From Myxococcales bacterium (lineage in GTDB: Bacteria; Myxococcota_A; Polyangia; Nannocystales; Nannocystaceae), in assembly GCA_020633295.1 (NCBI GenBank), contig JACKDW010000001.1, forward strand, positions 1,149,828 through 1,213,827: a stretch of 64,000 bases of DNA, given 5' to 3'. The first letter of the stretch is position 1; the number at the start of each line of letters is the position of its first letter. The notes beneath the pieces were generated by a model. It did no database searches. It was not told where the DNA came from and worked only from the letters and a program-made list of their open reading frames with translations. This document shows, piece by piece, positions 1-15,277 of the stretch. The translations under genes and the position numbers were made by a program.

Positions 1-2176
<2,176 letters not shown>

Positions 2177-2213
2177 CCGCTCGCGCGCGTCCGCTTCGGC
2201 CGCGCGCTCGCGC

Positions 2214-3323
2214 TCACGCGGCCGCGTGCTTCGGGCGCGGCCGCGGGTCGACGCCGAGCCGCGACAGCACGCGCTCGAGGTGCGCGAGCGCGAGCTCGTT
2301 GCCGCAGCGCTGGTGGCCGCGCAGCGCCTCGCGGTGCTCGTCGACGCGCGCGAGGAACTCGCGGAGGTCACGGGGCGTCGGCCCGCGCCCCTGGATCGCG
2401 CGGCCCCAGCCGCAGCGCTCGAAGTACAGCGCGTTCACGGTCTGCTCGAACAGCCCGCCGTTGGGCAGCAGCAGCATCGGCTTGCCGAGGTAGATCGACT
2501 CGCTGATCAGCGTGAAGCCGGCGGTGCTGACGACGGCCCGGCAGCTCGCGAGGTCGCGCAAGAAGCCCTCCGTCGACGGCGCGCGGAACTCGAGGTTGGC
2601 GTAGCGCGCCGCGCCGGGCGGCCGCTCGAGGTTGTAGATCACGAAGCGCTGATCGACCGCCGCGAGCGCCTCCAAGAGCCCGCGCAGCCCCTCGGGCGCG
2701 TTGTGATACACGAGCACGTGGTCGCCGACGCTCGGCCGCCGCGCCCGCACCTCGCGGCGCAGGATCGGCGGGACGAGCACGCTGTCGCCCGCGTGCTCGG
2801 GCCGCAGGCGCGGGAAGAAGAACGAGCTGATGATGTTGAGCTCGCAGCGACGCGGCGTCGCGGCCTCGACCACGCGCCGCGCGACCCAGGCCTCCCACCG
2901 CGATCGCCACGGGACCTCGACGCGCGCGCGCGTGAGGATCTGCTGGTGGTCGAGGCAGACGATCGGCAGGCCGAGGCGCTCGGCGGCGCGGGTCGAGTAG
3001 GTCTCGAAGTCGCTGATCAGGAGGTCGGCGCCGAAGCGGCGCATCCGCGCGGCGAGCCGCGGCACCGCGTCGCGCGTGGCGACGCGCCGCCGCGTCATCG
3101 CGGCCAGGCTGCGCCACAGGCGGATCTGGTTGTTGTGCATCTGGTGATGCAGCACCGGCGCCTCGACCGTGCGCCGCCCGCCGGCGGCGATCACCTCGCG
3201 CGCGACCCCGCCGCAGATGAACAGCAGCTCGTGCCCGCGCGCCTCGAGCAGCTCGGCCATGGCGGACACCCGCGAGCTGTGACCGCGACCTTGGGACGTG
3301 AGCGCGTAGACGATTCGTGCCAT
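2214..3323 (-). CDS. GT-B glycosyltransferase of the GT28/MGT (MurG/UDP-glucuronosyltransferase-like) type
   Basis: N-terminal G-rich motif YALTSQGRGHSSR and C-terminal donor-binding region. ATG at 3321-3323 preferred over the GTG printed as M1. Confidence 0.6.
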   Translation of the reverse strand: MARIVYALTSQGRGHSSRVSAMAELLEARGHELLFICGGVAREVIAAGGRRTVEAPVLHHQMHNNQIRLWRSLAAMTRRRVATRDAVPRLAARMRRFGADLLISDFETYSTRAAERLGLPIVCLDHQQILTRARVEVPWRSRWEAWVARRVVEAATPRRCELNIISSFFFPRLRPEHAGDSVLVPPILRREVRARRPSVGDHVLVYHNAPEGLRGLLEALAAVDQRFVIYNLERPPGAARYANLEFRAPSTEGFLRDLASCRAVVSTAGFTLISESIYLGKPMLLLPNGGLFEQTVNALYFERCGWGRAIQGRGPTPRDLREFLARVDEHREALRGHQRCGNELALAHLERVLSRLGVDPRPRPKHAAA

Positions 3324-3548
3324 CGCCCGCACGGTAGCGGCGCGACGCGAGCGGGCCGTGGCGAGCCAGCCGCGCGCGCGTCACAGCTCGGCGAACTCAC
3401 CGTCGCGTCGCCCCGCGCGGACGATCGCCGCGTGACCGACACGAGCGGGCGACCGCCGCGCGACGTCGCCGTGACCCGCGCGCGACACTCGAGACATGAC
3501 CATCGAGACATTCGAGAAACGCCCCGGCGGGCCGCGGCGCGCGAGCGC

Positions 3549-5039
3549 TCAGGGGCCCGGCGGGCGACGCTCCGCCCACGGCCGCGCCTGCTCCAGCTGC
3601 CGCGCGAGCCGCAGCACGCCGGCGTCGTCCCCGTAGCGCCCGGTGAACATCACGCCGATCGGGAGGCCGTCGTCGCCCCAGCACAGCGGCAGGCTGATCG
3701 ATGGTTGGCCCGAGACGTTGAAGACCATCGTGAAGGGCGTGAACTCGTAGGCGCGCTCCACCGTCATGTCGACGAGCGCCTCGATCCGCAGGAGCGGCTT
3801 GAGCCGCAGGCGCGCGACGAGCTCGTGCAGGCGCCGCTCGAGCCCCGCGGCCTGCAGCGCGAAGTGCTTCACCGGCGGCGCGCCGAGCGTGGGCGTGAGC
3901 AGGACGTCGTGCTCCTCGAGCAGCTGGTGCACCTTGCGCGCCTCGGCGTGGAGACGCCGCAGCGCGAGGGACAGCGCGCCGGCCGGCGTCGAGTCTCCGA
4001 TCTGTCCCAAGAGAAAGCTCGATGTCTCGACGTCGTGCGGGCGCACGCGCCGACCGAGCATCGCGCGCGCGAAGCGGAACTCGCCGGCCATGCCCGAGGT
4101 GTAGACGTGGAAGAACGCCTTCGCGAACTCGTGGCGATCGATCGCGGGCCCGCGCTCGACGACCTCGTGCCCCAGCGACTCGCACAGGCGCGCGGCGTCC
4201 AGGACCGCGCGCGCGCACGCCGGGTGCAGCTGACCCGGGAGCAAAGGCTCGCGGCAGAACGCGACGCGCAGTCGCCCGGGAGCGCGCGCGATCGCCTTGT
4301 AAAACGACTCTGTCACGGGCGGCGCGCAGAAGCGCGCCGTCGGCTCGGCGCCGCCGGTCGCGTCGAGCATCGCGGCCGCGTCGCGAACGCTGCGCGTGAG
4401 CACGTGCTCAATCGCGAAGCCGTGGAGCAGCTCACTCGCGTCGGGTCCGCAGGGCATACGCCCGCGCGACGGCTTGAAGCCGACGAGGCCGCAGCACGAG
4501 GCCGGGATCCGGATGGAGCCCCCGCCGTCGCCGCCGTGGGCCATCGGCACGATCCTCGCGGCCACCGCCGCCGCCGCGCCGCCGCTCGAGCCGCCGACCG
4601 TGTAGCCGGGCTTCCACGGGTTGTCGGTCGGCCCGTAGAGTTCGGGCTCCGTCACCGGCAGGATCCCGAACTCCGACGCGTTGGTCTTGCCGAAGATCGA
4701 GAGCCCCGCGCGCTTGTAGCGACGCACGAGCTCGGCGTCGCGCGCGGGCACGTAGTCGCGGTACAGCCGGCTCGCGCCGCGCAGCGGCACGCCGGCGTAG
4801 GCCGAGATGAGGTCCTTGAGCAGGAACGGCACGCCGCGAAATGGCCCTTCGGGCAGGCCATCGGCGAGCCGGGCGCGCGCCTCCTCGTACATCGGGATCA
4901 CGATCGCGTTCAGCCGCGGGCCCCAGGCCTCCGCGCGCGCGATCGCGACTTCGAGCAGCTCCGCCGGCGTGACCTCGCCGCGCGCCACCAGCTCGGCGAG
5001 CCCGACGCCGTCCTGCGCCTCGTACTCGTGTGCGTGCAT
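3549..5039 (-). CDS. Amidase-signature family amidase
   Basis: GGSSGG and [13 protein letters not shown] motifs with the Ser-cisSer-Lys signature region. Confidence 0.8.
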   Translation of the reverse strand: MHAHEYEAQDGVGLAELVARGEVTPAELLEVAIARAEAWGPRLNAIVIPMYEEARARLADGLPEGPFRGVPFLLKDLISAYAGVPLRGASRLYRDYVPARDAELVRRYKRAGLSIFGKTNASEFGILPVTEPELYGPTDNPWKPGYTVGGSSGGAAAAVAARIVPMAHGGDGGGSIRIPASCCGLVGFKPSRGRMPCGPDASELLHGFAIEHVLTRSVRDAAAMLDATGGAEPTARFCAPPVTESFYKAIARAPGRLRVAFCREPLLPGQLHPACARAVLDAARLCESLGHEVVERGPAIDRHEFAKAFFHVYTSGMAGEFRFARAMLGRRVRPHDVETSSFLLGQIGDSTPAGALSLALRRLHAEARKVHQLLEEHDVLLTPTLGAPPVKHFALQAAGLERRLHELVARLRLKPLLRIEALVDMTVERAYEFTPFTMVFNVSGQPSISLPLCWGDDGLPIGVMFTGRYGDDAGVLRLARQLEQARPWAERRPPGP

Positions 5040-5097
5040 GGGGTGGGAGGGTAGCAGGCGCGGGCCCGCCCTCGCTCGCTCGCGTCGCGCTCGCGGC

Positions 5098-5550
5098 TCA
5101 GTCGCGTCCGCGGAGGTCGTCGCGCAGGCGCATCAGCAGCTGGCCCAGGCGGTTCTCCCCGGAGCCGTCGCCCCCGTCGCCCCAGTAGCGATCGCGCGAC
5201 GTGTGCTCGACCAGGAGCGCGTCGCCGGTGCCGAGGAGCGCGCGCCGGAGTCGGCGGTGCTGGGTGAACTTGGCGCGCAGCGCCGCCAGCATGACCTCGT
5301 CCTTCACTTCCTCCCAGTCCGCGCGCAGCCCCGGGAGCCCGCGCCCGATCTGCTTCGCGAGCCCCGGCGTCCGCGCGTCGCGGACGCGCGCGCGCGATCG
5401 GGGGTCTTCGAACTTCATCGCCTGAAAGTAGTGCTCGCTCGTCGGCCAGCGCTCGCCGTCGAGCTCGATCGGGTGCGGCGAGAAGTTCGAGAACTCGCCG
5501 TAGTCCCGATCCTCGCGATAAAACCGGATCACGTCACGCGCGCGCGCCAT
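5098..5550 (-). CDS. NADAR-domain (YbiA/DUF1768) protein
   Basis: 150 aa with FYRE..GEFSNFSP...HYFQA..F core typical of NADAR. Confidence 0.7.
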   Translation of the reverse strand: MARARDVIRFYREDRDYGEFSNFSPHPIELDGERWPTSEHYFQAMKFEDPRSRARVRDARTPGLAKQIGRGLPGLRADWEEVKDEVMLAALRAKFTQHRRLRRALLGTGDALLVEHTSRDRYWGDGGDGSGENRLGQLLMRLRDDLRGRD

Positions 5551-5556
5551 CTCAGC

Positions 5557-6102
5557 TCAGCAGTCCTCGCACCACGACGACATCCCGCCGAGGTTGCTCA
5601 CCTGGGTGAAGCCCGCGTCGAGCAGCGCCTGCTTGGCGATCCCCGCCCGCCGGCCCGCGCGGCAGTACACGACGATGGGCTTGCGCTTGTCGCCGCCCTG
5701 CAGCTCGGCGATCTCGTCGACGCGCGCGGCGACGTCCGTGTGCGCGATGTTCTTGGCGCCCTCGACGTGACCACCCTCGAACTCCTCGACCGAGCGCACG
5801 TCGAGCAGCAGCGCGCCCTCGTCGCGCACGAGCCGACGCGCGAGCGCAGCGTCGCCGTCGGCGAGCCCGGCCGCGTCCTGCTCGGCTGACGCCGCAGCCT
5901 GCTCTCCCCCGACCTGCGCTCCCGCGACCGGCTCTCCCACCGCCGGCGCTCCCGCAGCGTGCTCTCCCGCCGCCAGCTCGTTCGCGGGCGCCTTCGACGG
6001 CGCGGGCTCCGAGGACGTGCTCGAGCACGCCCCGAGCGTCAGCGCGGCCGCGAGCGCGATCAGGCAGGAGCACAGAGAACGGCGACGAGTGGCGAGCTGC
6101 AC
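5557..6102 (-). CDS. Rhodanese-domain lipoprotein
   Basis: C-terminal rhodanese fold (LLLDVRSVEEFEGGHVEGAKNI...IVVYCRAGRRA with active-site Cys). Lipobox signal LTLGACSS. GTG start at 6100-6102 chosen; the longer ORF upstream is Arg-rich junk. Confidence 0.6.
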   Translation of the reverse strand: MQLATRRRSLCSCLIALAAALTLGACSSTSSEPAPSKAPANELAAGEHAAGAPAVGEPVAGAQVGGEQAAASAEQDAAGLADGDAALARRLVRDEGALLLDVRSVEEFEGGHVEGAKNIAHTDVAARVDEIAELQGGDKRKPIVVYCRAGRRAGIAKQALLDAGFTQVSNLGGMSSWCEDC

Positions 6103-6134
6103 GCCCCGTGCATACCACCCGCGAACGGCGGCGC

Positions 6135-7112
6135 TCAACCGGCGGACTCGCACAGGCGACGATTCGGGTCGCCGCACTTGCGATCGACCCACAGCCCGTC
6201 GGAGGGTCGCGCGACCATGCAGTGGGCGTTGCCGGCGTTGTCCGGCTCGCCGAGGTTCCAGTTCTGGTAGCCGTCGGCGACGTTGCTGTCGTCGACCCAG
6301 ACCCAGGTGCCCTGGTCGACCAGATCGTCGGCGCCCAGCCACACGTCGCCCGCGGCGCCCGCGATCAGCCCGCCGATGTAGTCCTGCTCGCCCTGCGAGC
6401 CGATGATCGCCAGGTCGACGCCGGCGCCGAGGTTCATGCACTCCGTGCGGCTGCCGCTGTAGTTCGCCGTCGCCTCGCAGAACCAGTAGACGCTGTCGCC
6501 GAACTCGCCGAGCGTGCAGCCGGCGCACATCTCGTTGGACGGCGAGTACTCGTCGACGAGCGGGTCGCAGTCGTTATCCTGATCGTCGCACAGCTCTTCC
6601 TGGCCGGGGTTGCGGTTGCCGTCGCCGTCGTCGCAGTCCCCGCCCTGATCCACGAAGCCGTCCGGCTGATCGCAGGCGAGCGTCGTCTGGTTGTCGTCGC
6701 CGTAGCCGTCGTTGTCGCCGTCGAGGAACCACTCCACCTCGACGCAGCCCGGGCCCGTCGTCGGATCACCCGTCGTCGGGTCGTCCGTCGTCGTCGACGG
6801 GTCGATCGTCGTCGTCGCCGACGGGTCGACGCTCGTCGCCGGGTCGACCCCGGTCGTCGGGTTGTCGGTGCTCGCGCTCGTGCTCGGGTCGGGGTCGGTG
6901 GTGCCCGGCGTGGTCCCGGCGGTCGTGCTCGGGTCGCTCGACGGCCCGCTCGTCATCGACCCGCTCGTCGACGACTCGCTCGTCGACTCGGAGCCGTCGC
7001 TCTCGCTCTCGCCGCCGCTGCCCTCCACAGGATCGCCGCTGCAGGCCGCGGCGAGCAGGACGCTCGCGGCCCACGCGAGCGCGCGTGTCTTCGCCGTCGT
7101 TGATAAGCTCAT
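6135..7112 (-). CDS. Secreted lipoprotein: S/T/D-rich linker, MopE-like Cys/Asp metal-binding repeats, C-terminal C-type lectin domain
   Basis: Lipobox LLAAACSG. DGDNDGYGDD...CDDGDGNRNPGQEELCDDQDNDCD repeats. C-terminal CTLD hallmarks (WLGADDLVDQGTWVWVD, NWNLGEPDN, HCMV...WVDRKC). ATG at 7110-7112. Confidence 0.7.
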   Translation of the reverse strand: MSLSTTAKTRALAWAASVLLAAACSGDPVEGSGGESESDGSESTSESSTSGSMTSGPSSDPSTTAGTTPGTTDPDPSTSASTDNPTTGVDPATSVDPSATTTIDPSTTTDDPTTGDPTTGPGCVEVEWFLDGDNDGYGDDNQTTLACDQPDGFVDQGGDCDDGDGNRNPGQEELCDDQDNDCDPLVDEYSPSNEMCAGCTLGEFGDSVYWFCEATANYSGSRTECMNLGAGVDLAIIGSQGEQDYIGGLIAGAAGDVWLGADDLVDQGTWVWVDDSNVADGYQNWNLGEPDNAGNAHCMVARPSDGLWVDRKCGDPNRRLCESAG

Positions 7113-7193
7113 GTCTTTAGAGACAGTATATCGAAGCCGCGGCGTTGGTTCGCGCGCCTTTGCCCGCGCGCGCGGGTAGCACACGCACCTACG

Positions 7194-8180
<987 letters not shown>

Positions 8181-8216
8181 CGGTCAGCGTGACGTCGCTC
8201 GAGCGAGCGATCGAGC

Positions 8217-8678
8217 TCAATCCAGGAAGTCGCCGAGCGTGCGCCCGAGGTTCGGCGCCGCGGCCTCCACGTGCCCCTGCGCCGTCCCCCGCAGGCGCTG
8301 GTAGGCCTTCTTGATCGCGCCGCTGACCTTCTCGGCGCGGCGATCGGTGACGACGAGCAGCGCCTCGGCGGCGCGCCGCGTGTCGCGGGACAGCGCGTCG
8401 GCGAACGCGTCGCCGACCGACACGTCTTCGCCCTCGGCGCGGCGCTGGGCCTCAACATAGAAGGGCTCGAGCGCCTCGGCGAATTCCGGGAGCAGGCGAT
8501 CGACGACCTCGGCGACCATCGTCGGCTTGACGGCCTTGACCACGCGGAACCCCGTGCGGACCGCCGCGCCCGACAGCCCGCGCTTGCCGGCGACCTCGGA
8601 CTCGACCAGCGAGACGCACGCCGTGACGACGCGCGGGCGGGTTTCGGACTGCGTGAGGAGCTCGGCGAGGGTTGCCAT
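8217..8678 (-). CDS. Hypothetical protein
   Basis: Protein-like composition from MATLAELLTQSE onward. Upstream part of the ORF is Arg/His-rich artefact. Confidence 0.4.
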   Translation of the reverse strand: MATLAELLTQSETRPRVVTACVSLVESEVAGKRGLSGAAVRTGFRVVKAVKPTMVAEVVDRLLPEFAEALEPFYVEAQRRAEGEDVSVGDAFADALSRDTRRAAEALLVVTDRRAEKVSGAIKKAYQRLRGTAQGHVEAAAPNLGRTLGDFLD

Positions 8679-8764
8679 GGAGCGCGGGTATGGCGGAATT
8701 CGACGCCGTTCGCAAGACGTCGCGCGTGGACAGTGCCCGCGTCGACTGCGATGATGCGGTCGAC

Positions 8765-11188
8765 ATGATCGAGTTCGGGACTCCACCGCGACGAGCTCGC
8801 CAGCGTCGAGCGCTCGCGGCGACGCTCGCGGGCGCGCTCCTCGTGATCACGGCGCCTGCCCTCTCGGCCTGCTCGGCCCCGCGGACCGGCGACGGCCCCG
8901 ACGCGGGCGCGACGCCTGATCCGCCGCTCCACGGTGACGCGATGCAGAAAAAACGGCAGCACGAACCGGACGAGAAGACCTCCAACGCGGCGCTGACCCT
9001 CGAGGAGGTCGCCGCCTACCCGCGCCCCGGCGCGACGCACCCGACCAAGCTCGCGTTCACGCCCGACGACGCGCGCGTGACCTACCTGCGCAGCCCGGAG
9101 CTGACGCTCACGCGCCAGCTCTACGACTTCGACCCCGCGCCGCGCGACGGCCGGGGGCAAGAGCAGCAGCTCGTCGCGCTCGAGGGCGACGGCATCACCG
9201 AGGAGAACCTCTCGCGCGAGGAGAAGCTGCGGCGCGAGCGGCAGCGCGTGCGCGGGCTCGGCATCACGCGCTACGACTGGGCGCGCGAGGGCGACGTGCT
9301 GCTCTACCCGCTCGCCGGCGAGCTGCACCTGCGCGATCGCGCCGGCAGCTGGAGCACGACGTACAAGAACGCCGCCGCGAGCGGCGACGACGACGGCGGG
9401 GCGCCGCCGCTCGACGCCCGCCTGTCCCGCGACGGCCGCCACGTCGCGTTCGTCCAGGGCGGCGAGCTGATGGTCGCCGACGTCGCCGGCGACAAGCCGC
9501 TCAAGCCGCGCGCGCCGATCCAGAGCCCGCGCGCGCCGGGCACGACCCGCGGGCTCGCCGAGTACATCGCCCAGGAGGAGATGGACCGCGACCACGGCTA
9601 CTGGTGGTCCCACGACGGCGAGCTGCTCGCGTTCGCCGAGGTCGACGAGACCCACATCCCCAGCTTCCGCATCGTCCATCAGGGCGCCGGTCCCCACGAG
9701 TTCGAAGATCATCGCTACCCCTTCGCCGGCGAGGACAACGCGCGCGTGCGCCTCGGCGTGGTCCCCAGGACAGGCGGCGCGCCGGTCTGGATGCAGCTCG
9801 GCGAGTTCGAGTACCTCGCGCGCGTGAACTGGACGCCCGACGGCGCGCTCGTCGCCCAGGTCCAGGACCGCGAGCAGTCGCAGCTGCGCCTGATCAAGCT
9901 CGACCCGCGGACCGGGGCCGGCCGCGACCTCCTGATCGAGCGCTCGAGCGTGTGGATCAACCTCCACCACATCTTCAAGCCGCTCGAGGAGCCCGCCGAG
10001 GTCGTGGGCGACGCCGCCGGCGGCTTCGTCTGGGCCTCCGAGCGCAGCGGCTTCCGCCACCTGTACCTGTACTCCGGCGAGGGCGAGGAGCTGCGGCAGC
10101 TGACGATGGGCCCCTGGCAGGTCGACGGCGTGGTCGCGATCGATGAGCCCGGCCGGCTCGTGTACTTCCTCGCCAACCGGGACGACCCGACGCAGAAGCA
10201 CCTCTACTCGGTGCCGCTCGCCGGCGGCGCGATCACGCAGATCACGACGAAGCCGGGCACGCATGACGTCGTCATCGACCACGCGCGCAGGCGCTTCATC
10301 GACGTCCACTCGAGCGTCGCCGCGCCCGAGACGGTGACGCTGCGCGAGCTGTCCCCGAGGGCCCCCGTCATCGCCGAGCTGCCGGTCCCCGCCGACCCCC
10401 GCGTCGCCGCGCTCAAGCTGCCGCCCCCGCAGCTGGTCACGCTGCAGAGCCGCGACAACACCACGCTGCACGGCGCGATCTACAGCCCAGACCCCGACGT
10501 CTTCGGCGACGGGCCGTACCCCACGATGATCTCGGTCTACGGCGGACCGCACGCGCAGCGCGTGCAGAACAACTGGGCGATGACCGTCGACATGCGCGCG
10601 CAGTACCTCGCCGCCCACGGCGTCCTCGTGTTCAAGCTCGACAACCGCGGCTCCTCGCGCCGCGGCCTCGACTTCGAGGGCGCGCTCAAGCACGACATGG
10701 GCAACATCGAGGTCAAGGACCAGGTCGACGGCGTCGACTGGCTCGTCGCCCAGAAGCTCACCGACCCCGACCGCGTCGGCATCTACGGCTGGAGCTACGG
10801 CGGCTACATGTCCGCGATGGCGCTGGCGCGCGCGCCCGAGACCTTCAAGCTCGCGATCGCGGGCGCGCCGGTGTCGACCTGGCGCGCCTACGACACCCAC
10901 TACACCGAGCGCTACATGGGGCTGCCCGGGGCCAACGCGGCGGGCTACGAGCGCGCGAGCGTGATGCACCACCTCGAGCACATGCGCGGCGCGCTCCTGC
11001 TCGTGCACGGGCTCATCGACGAGAACGTGCACTTCCGCCACACCGCGCACCTGATCAACGGCCTGATCGCCGCGCGCAAGCCCTACGATCTGCTGCTGTT
11101 CCCGGGCGAGCGCCACATGCCGCGCAAGCTCGAGGATCGCGTGCACATGGAGCAGCAGCTGTTCGCGTTCATCCGCGAGCACCTGTAG
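8765..11188 (+). CDS. Dipeptidyl-peptidase IV / S9B-family prolyl oligopeptidase (DPP-IV N-terminal propeller plus alpha/beta hydrolase)
   Basis: Signal peptide then propeller region. Catalytic GWSYGGY nucleophile elbow. Downstream Asp and His ([14 protein letters not shown]). Confidence 0.8.
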   Translation: MIEFGTPPRRARQRRALAATLAGALLVITAPALSACSAPRTGDGPDAGATPDPPLHGDAMQKKRQHEPDEKTSNAALTLEEVAAYPRPGATHPTKLAFTPDDARVTYLRSPELTLTRQLYDFDPAPRDGRGQEQQLVALEGDGITEENLSREEKLRRERQRVRGLGITRYDWAREGDVLLYPLAGELHLRDRAGSWSTTYKNAAASGDDDGGAPPLDARLSRDGRHVAFVQGGELMVADVAGDKPLKPRAPIQSPRAPGTTRGLAEYIAQEEMDRDHGYWWSHDGELLAFAEVDETHIPSFRIVHQGAGPHEFEDHRYPFAGEDNARVRLGVVPRTGGAPVWMQLGEFEYLARVNWTPDGALVAQVQDREQSQLRLIKLDPRTGAGRDLLIERSSVWINLHHIFKPLEEPAEVVGDAAGGFVWASERSGFRHLYLYSGEGEELRQLTMGPWQVDGVVAIDEPGRLVYFLANRDDPTQKHLYSVPLAGGAITQITTKPGTHDVVIDHARRRFIDVHSSVAAPETVTLRELSPRAPVIAELPVPADPRVAALKLPPPQLVTLQSRDNTTLHGAIYSPDPDVFGDGPYPTMISVYGGPHAQRVQNNWAMTVDMRAQYLAAHGVLVFKLDNRGSSRRGLDFEGALKHDMGNIEVKDQVDGVDWLVAQKLTDPDRVGIYGWSYGGYMSAMALARAPETFKLAIAGAPVSTWRAYDTHYTERYMGLPGANAAGYERASVMHHLEHMRGALLLVHGLIDENVHFRHTAHLINGLIAARKPYDLLLFPGERHMPRKLEDRVHMEQQLFAFIREHL

Positions 11189-11189
11189 C

Positions 11190-11275
11190 GCCGGCCTCCT
11201 CCGCTCCTCCTCTCCTCCTCTCATCTCCCTCTCCACCTCTCCTCCCCTTCACTGCTCCTCCTCCCGCTCCTCGCC
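11190..11275. repeat. About 85-nt pure pyrimidine (CT) tract in the DPP-IV/uvrD intergenic region
   Basis: cctcctccgctcctcctctcctcctctcatctccctctccacctctcctcccc... Mirror-like polypyrimidine run, almost no purines, immediately 5' of the uvrD-like start. Confidence 0.8.
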
Positions 11276-11286
11276 GCGCGCCCGCA

Positions 11287-13353
<2,067 letters not shown>

Positions 13354-13410
13354 GCCGACGGGCGCGTCAACGCGCGACGGCGCCGCGCCGTCACGCGCGG
13401 GCAGGGGCGA

Positions 13411-13899
13411 TCAGGCGCCGCGCTTGGCGATGAAGTCGCGCAGCTGCTCGCCCGCCTGCGCGCGCACCTTGTTACGGACGATCGGCGTCCACCCGAGCAG
13501 CACGCCGGCGGGGCCGAGCGCCATCCGTGACCAGCGGTAGAAGTCGAAGTCGTCGACGTGCTCGACGATCAGCCCGTCCTTGAAGCGGAAGCTCGCGTCG
13601 ATCACGTTGTGCACCTTTCGCCCCGTGGCCGAGAAGGTGTAGCGCGCCTCCCAGTGAGCGCCGCCGCGCGCGTCGTCCCCCGTGATGTTCGAGACCTCGA
13701 GCTCGAGGTCGGTCGCGCGACTCGTCAGCATGCGCCACATGTCCCCCGCGTCCGAGCCGCGCAGCTCGGGGAACACGGGATCCGAGAACCGGACGTCGTC
13801 GTGGTAGCAGGCGGCCATCGCCTCCCCGTCCTTGGCCGCGAAGGCGTCGTAGAAGCGCGTGATGAGCTCGGCGTGGGCGTGCATGATCGGGACGGACAT
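13411..13899 (-). CDS. NTF2/SnoaL-like (ketosteroid-isomerase-like) small protein
   Basis: ELITRFYDAFAAKDGEAMAACYHDDVRFSDP pattern of SnoaL-like fold. ATG at M13 of the ORF. Confidence 0.55.
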   Translation of the reverse strand: MSVPIMHAHAELITRFYDAFAAKDGEAMAACYHDDVRFSDPVFPELRGSDAGDMWRMLTSRATDLELEVSNITGDDARGGAHWEARYTFSATGRKVHNVIDASFRFKDGLIVEHVDDFDFYRWSRMALGPAGVLLGWTPIVRNKVRAQAGEQLRDFIAKRGA

Positions 13900-14436
13900 C
13901 GCTCGAGCGCGGCCCCGTGTCCAGCCGCAGCTCACATCACCCGGCGGGGTCCCACCTCGTCGTCCACGCGGCCGTCGCGGCCGGTCCCCGATTGCGTGTA
14001 CACGCGCCCCGCCCCCGCACGCGCGGCTACGCTGGACTCAGCTCAGGCCCGGCAGCCGACGGTGACCGGCGCCCGCGCCTCGGCTGATCGCGCGCCCCTC
14101 GTGTATTCAACGCCGCCGCGTGATCCAGCCCCGGGCGCGCACCGAGGGCCCCCCAGCGTCGGGTAGGGCGGCGCTCGCCCGCGCGGCGTCGCGTCAGCCA
14201 GCGCGCCGGTTCGCGTCCTGTGGCGCGGGCGGTCGGCGCGTGTCACAACGATCTCAAGGGCGCGAAAGCCCCCGACGATCACCCACGACGCGAGCGCGTA
14301 CACCCGCGCGCGACCTCCTCGCGTCGCCTATTCGCAATAGCACCCCTCGCGGCCCACGACCGCGATCTCGAGCGAGTCGCCCGCGCGGCGGCATATGTCC
14401 TCGAGGTCACGCGTCGTGTGCCGACGGAGCCAGGTC

Positions 14437-15270
14437 ATGCAGCACACCGTCGCACTCTATCACTACCTGACCTCGATCGGCTCCATGCAGGCTCGCCTCG
14501 CGCTCGCCGAGAAGCGCGTGCGCTGGCGCAGCGAGCTCGTCAACACGATCCGCGCCGAGCACCTCGCGCCCGCGTACGTGCGCATCAACCCGCACGGCAC
14601 GATCCCGACGCTCGTGCACAACGGGCTCGTGATCGTCGACGCGCTCACGATCCTCCGCTACATCGACGACGAGCTGCCCGGGCCCGCGCTGACCTCGGAC
14701 GACCCCGACGAGCGCGCGTGCATGGAGAAGTGGCTCGAGGTGCAGGACATCTTTCCGCTGCAGGAGCTGTGCTTCGGCACGCTCGAGGGCCTCAACGCGC
14801 GCGTCGCCCACCAGATCATCGACGAGCGCATCGAGATCGCGTCGCGCATGGCCGAGCGCTACCCCGACCTGCGCGCCCGCTATCACGCCAAGCTCGACGA
14901 CATGGAGGCCTTCGCCGAGATCTACCGCGACCCGCGGCGCGTCACGACGCTCGTGCGCGACCTCGCGGTCACGCTGCAGCTGATGGAGCACGAGCTCGAG
15001 GGTCGCCGCTGGCTCGCCGGGTACACCTACTCGCTCGCCGACGTCGCCTGGGCCGCGATCTTCTCGCGGCTCGAGAGCTGCGGCTTCGCGCACTTCTGGG
15101 ACCGTCACCCGCGCGTGCGCGAGCTGATCGCCAGGCAGCGCATGCGCGCGAGCTTCGACGCCGCGATCACGGTCTACTGGAACAACGAGATCCAGGAGGC
15201 GCTCACCCGCGCCGGGTACAAGCGCAAGCGCCTCGCCGACGCGCTCGTGACCGTCTCGGCCATGGAGTGA
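14437..15270 (+). CDS. Glutathione S-transferase family protein
   Basis: Thioredoxin-like N-domain (LYHY...RVRW...INPHGTIPTL). Helical C-domain. Confidence 0.6.
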   Translation: MQHTVALYHYLTSIGSMQARLALAEKRVRWRSELVNTIRAEHLAPAYVRINPHGTIPTLVHNGLVIVDALTILRYIDDELPGPALTSDDPDERACMEKWLEVQDIFPLQELCFGTLEGLNARVAHQIIDERIEIASRMAERYPDLRARYHAKLDDMEAFAEIYRDPRRVTTLVRDLAVTLQLMEHELEGRRWLAGYTYSLADVAWAAIFSRLESCGFAHFWDRHPRVRELIARQRMRASFDAAITVYWNNEIQEALTRAGYKRKRLADALVTVSAME

Positions 15271-15277
15271 CGCGCGC

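Noticed and set aside
5557-6528. 323-aa version of the rhodanese ORF and overlapping 5552-6118 ORF
   Set aside because: The N-terminal 140 residues are Arg/Gly-rich noise. A lipobox signal and rhodanese fold begin at the internal GTG (6102).
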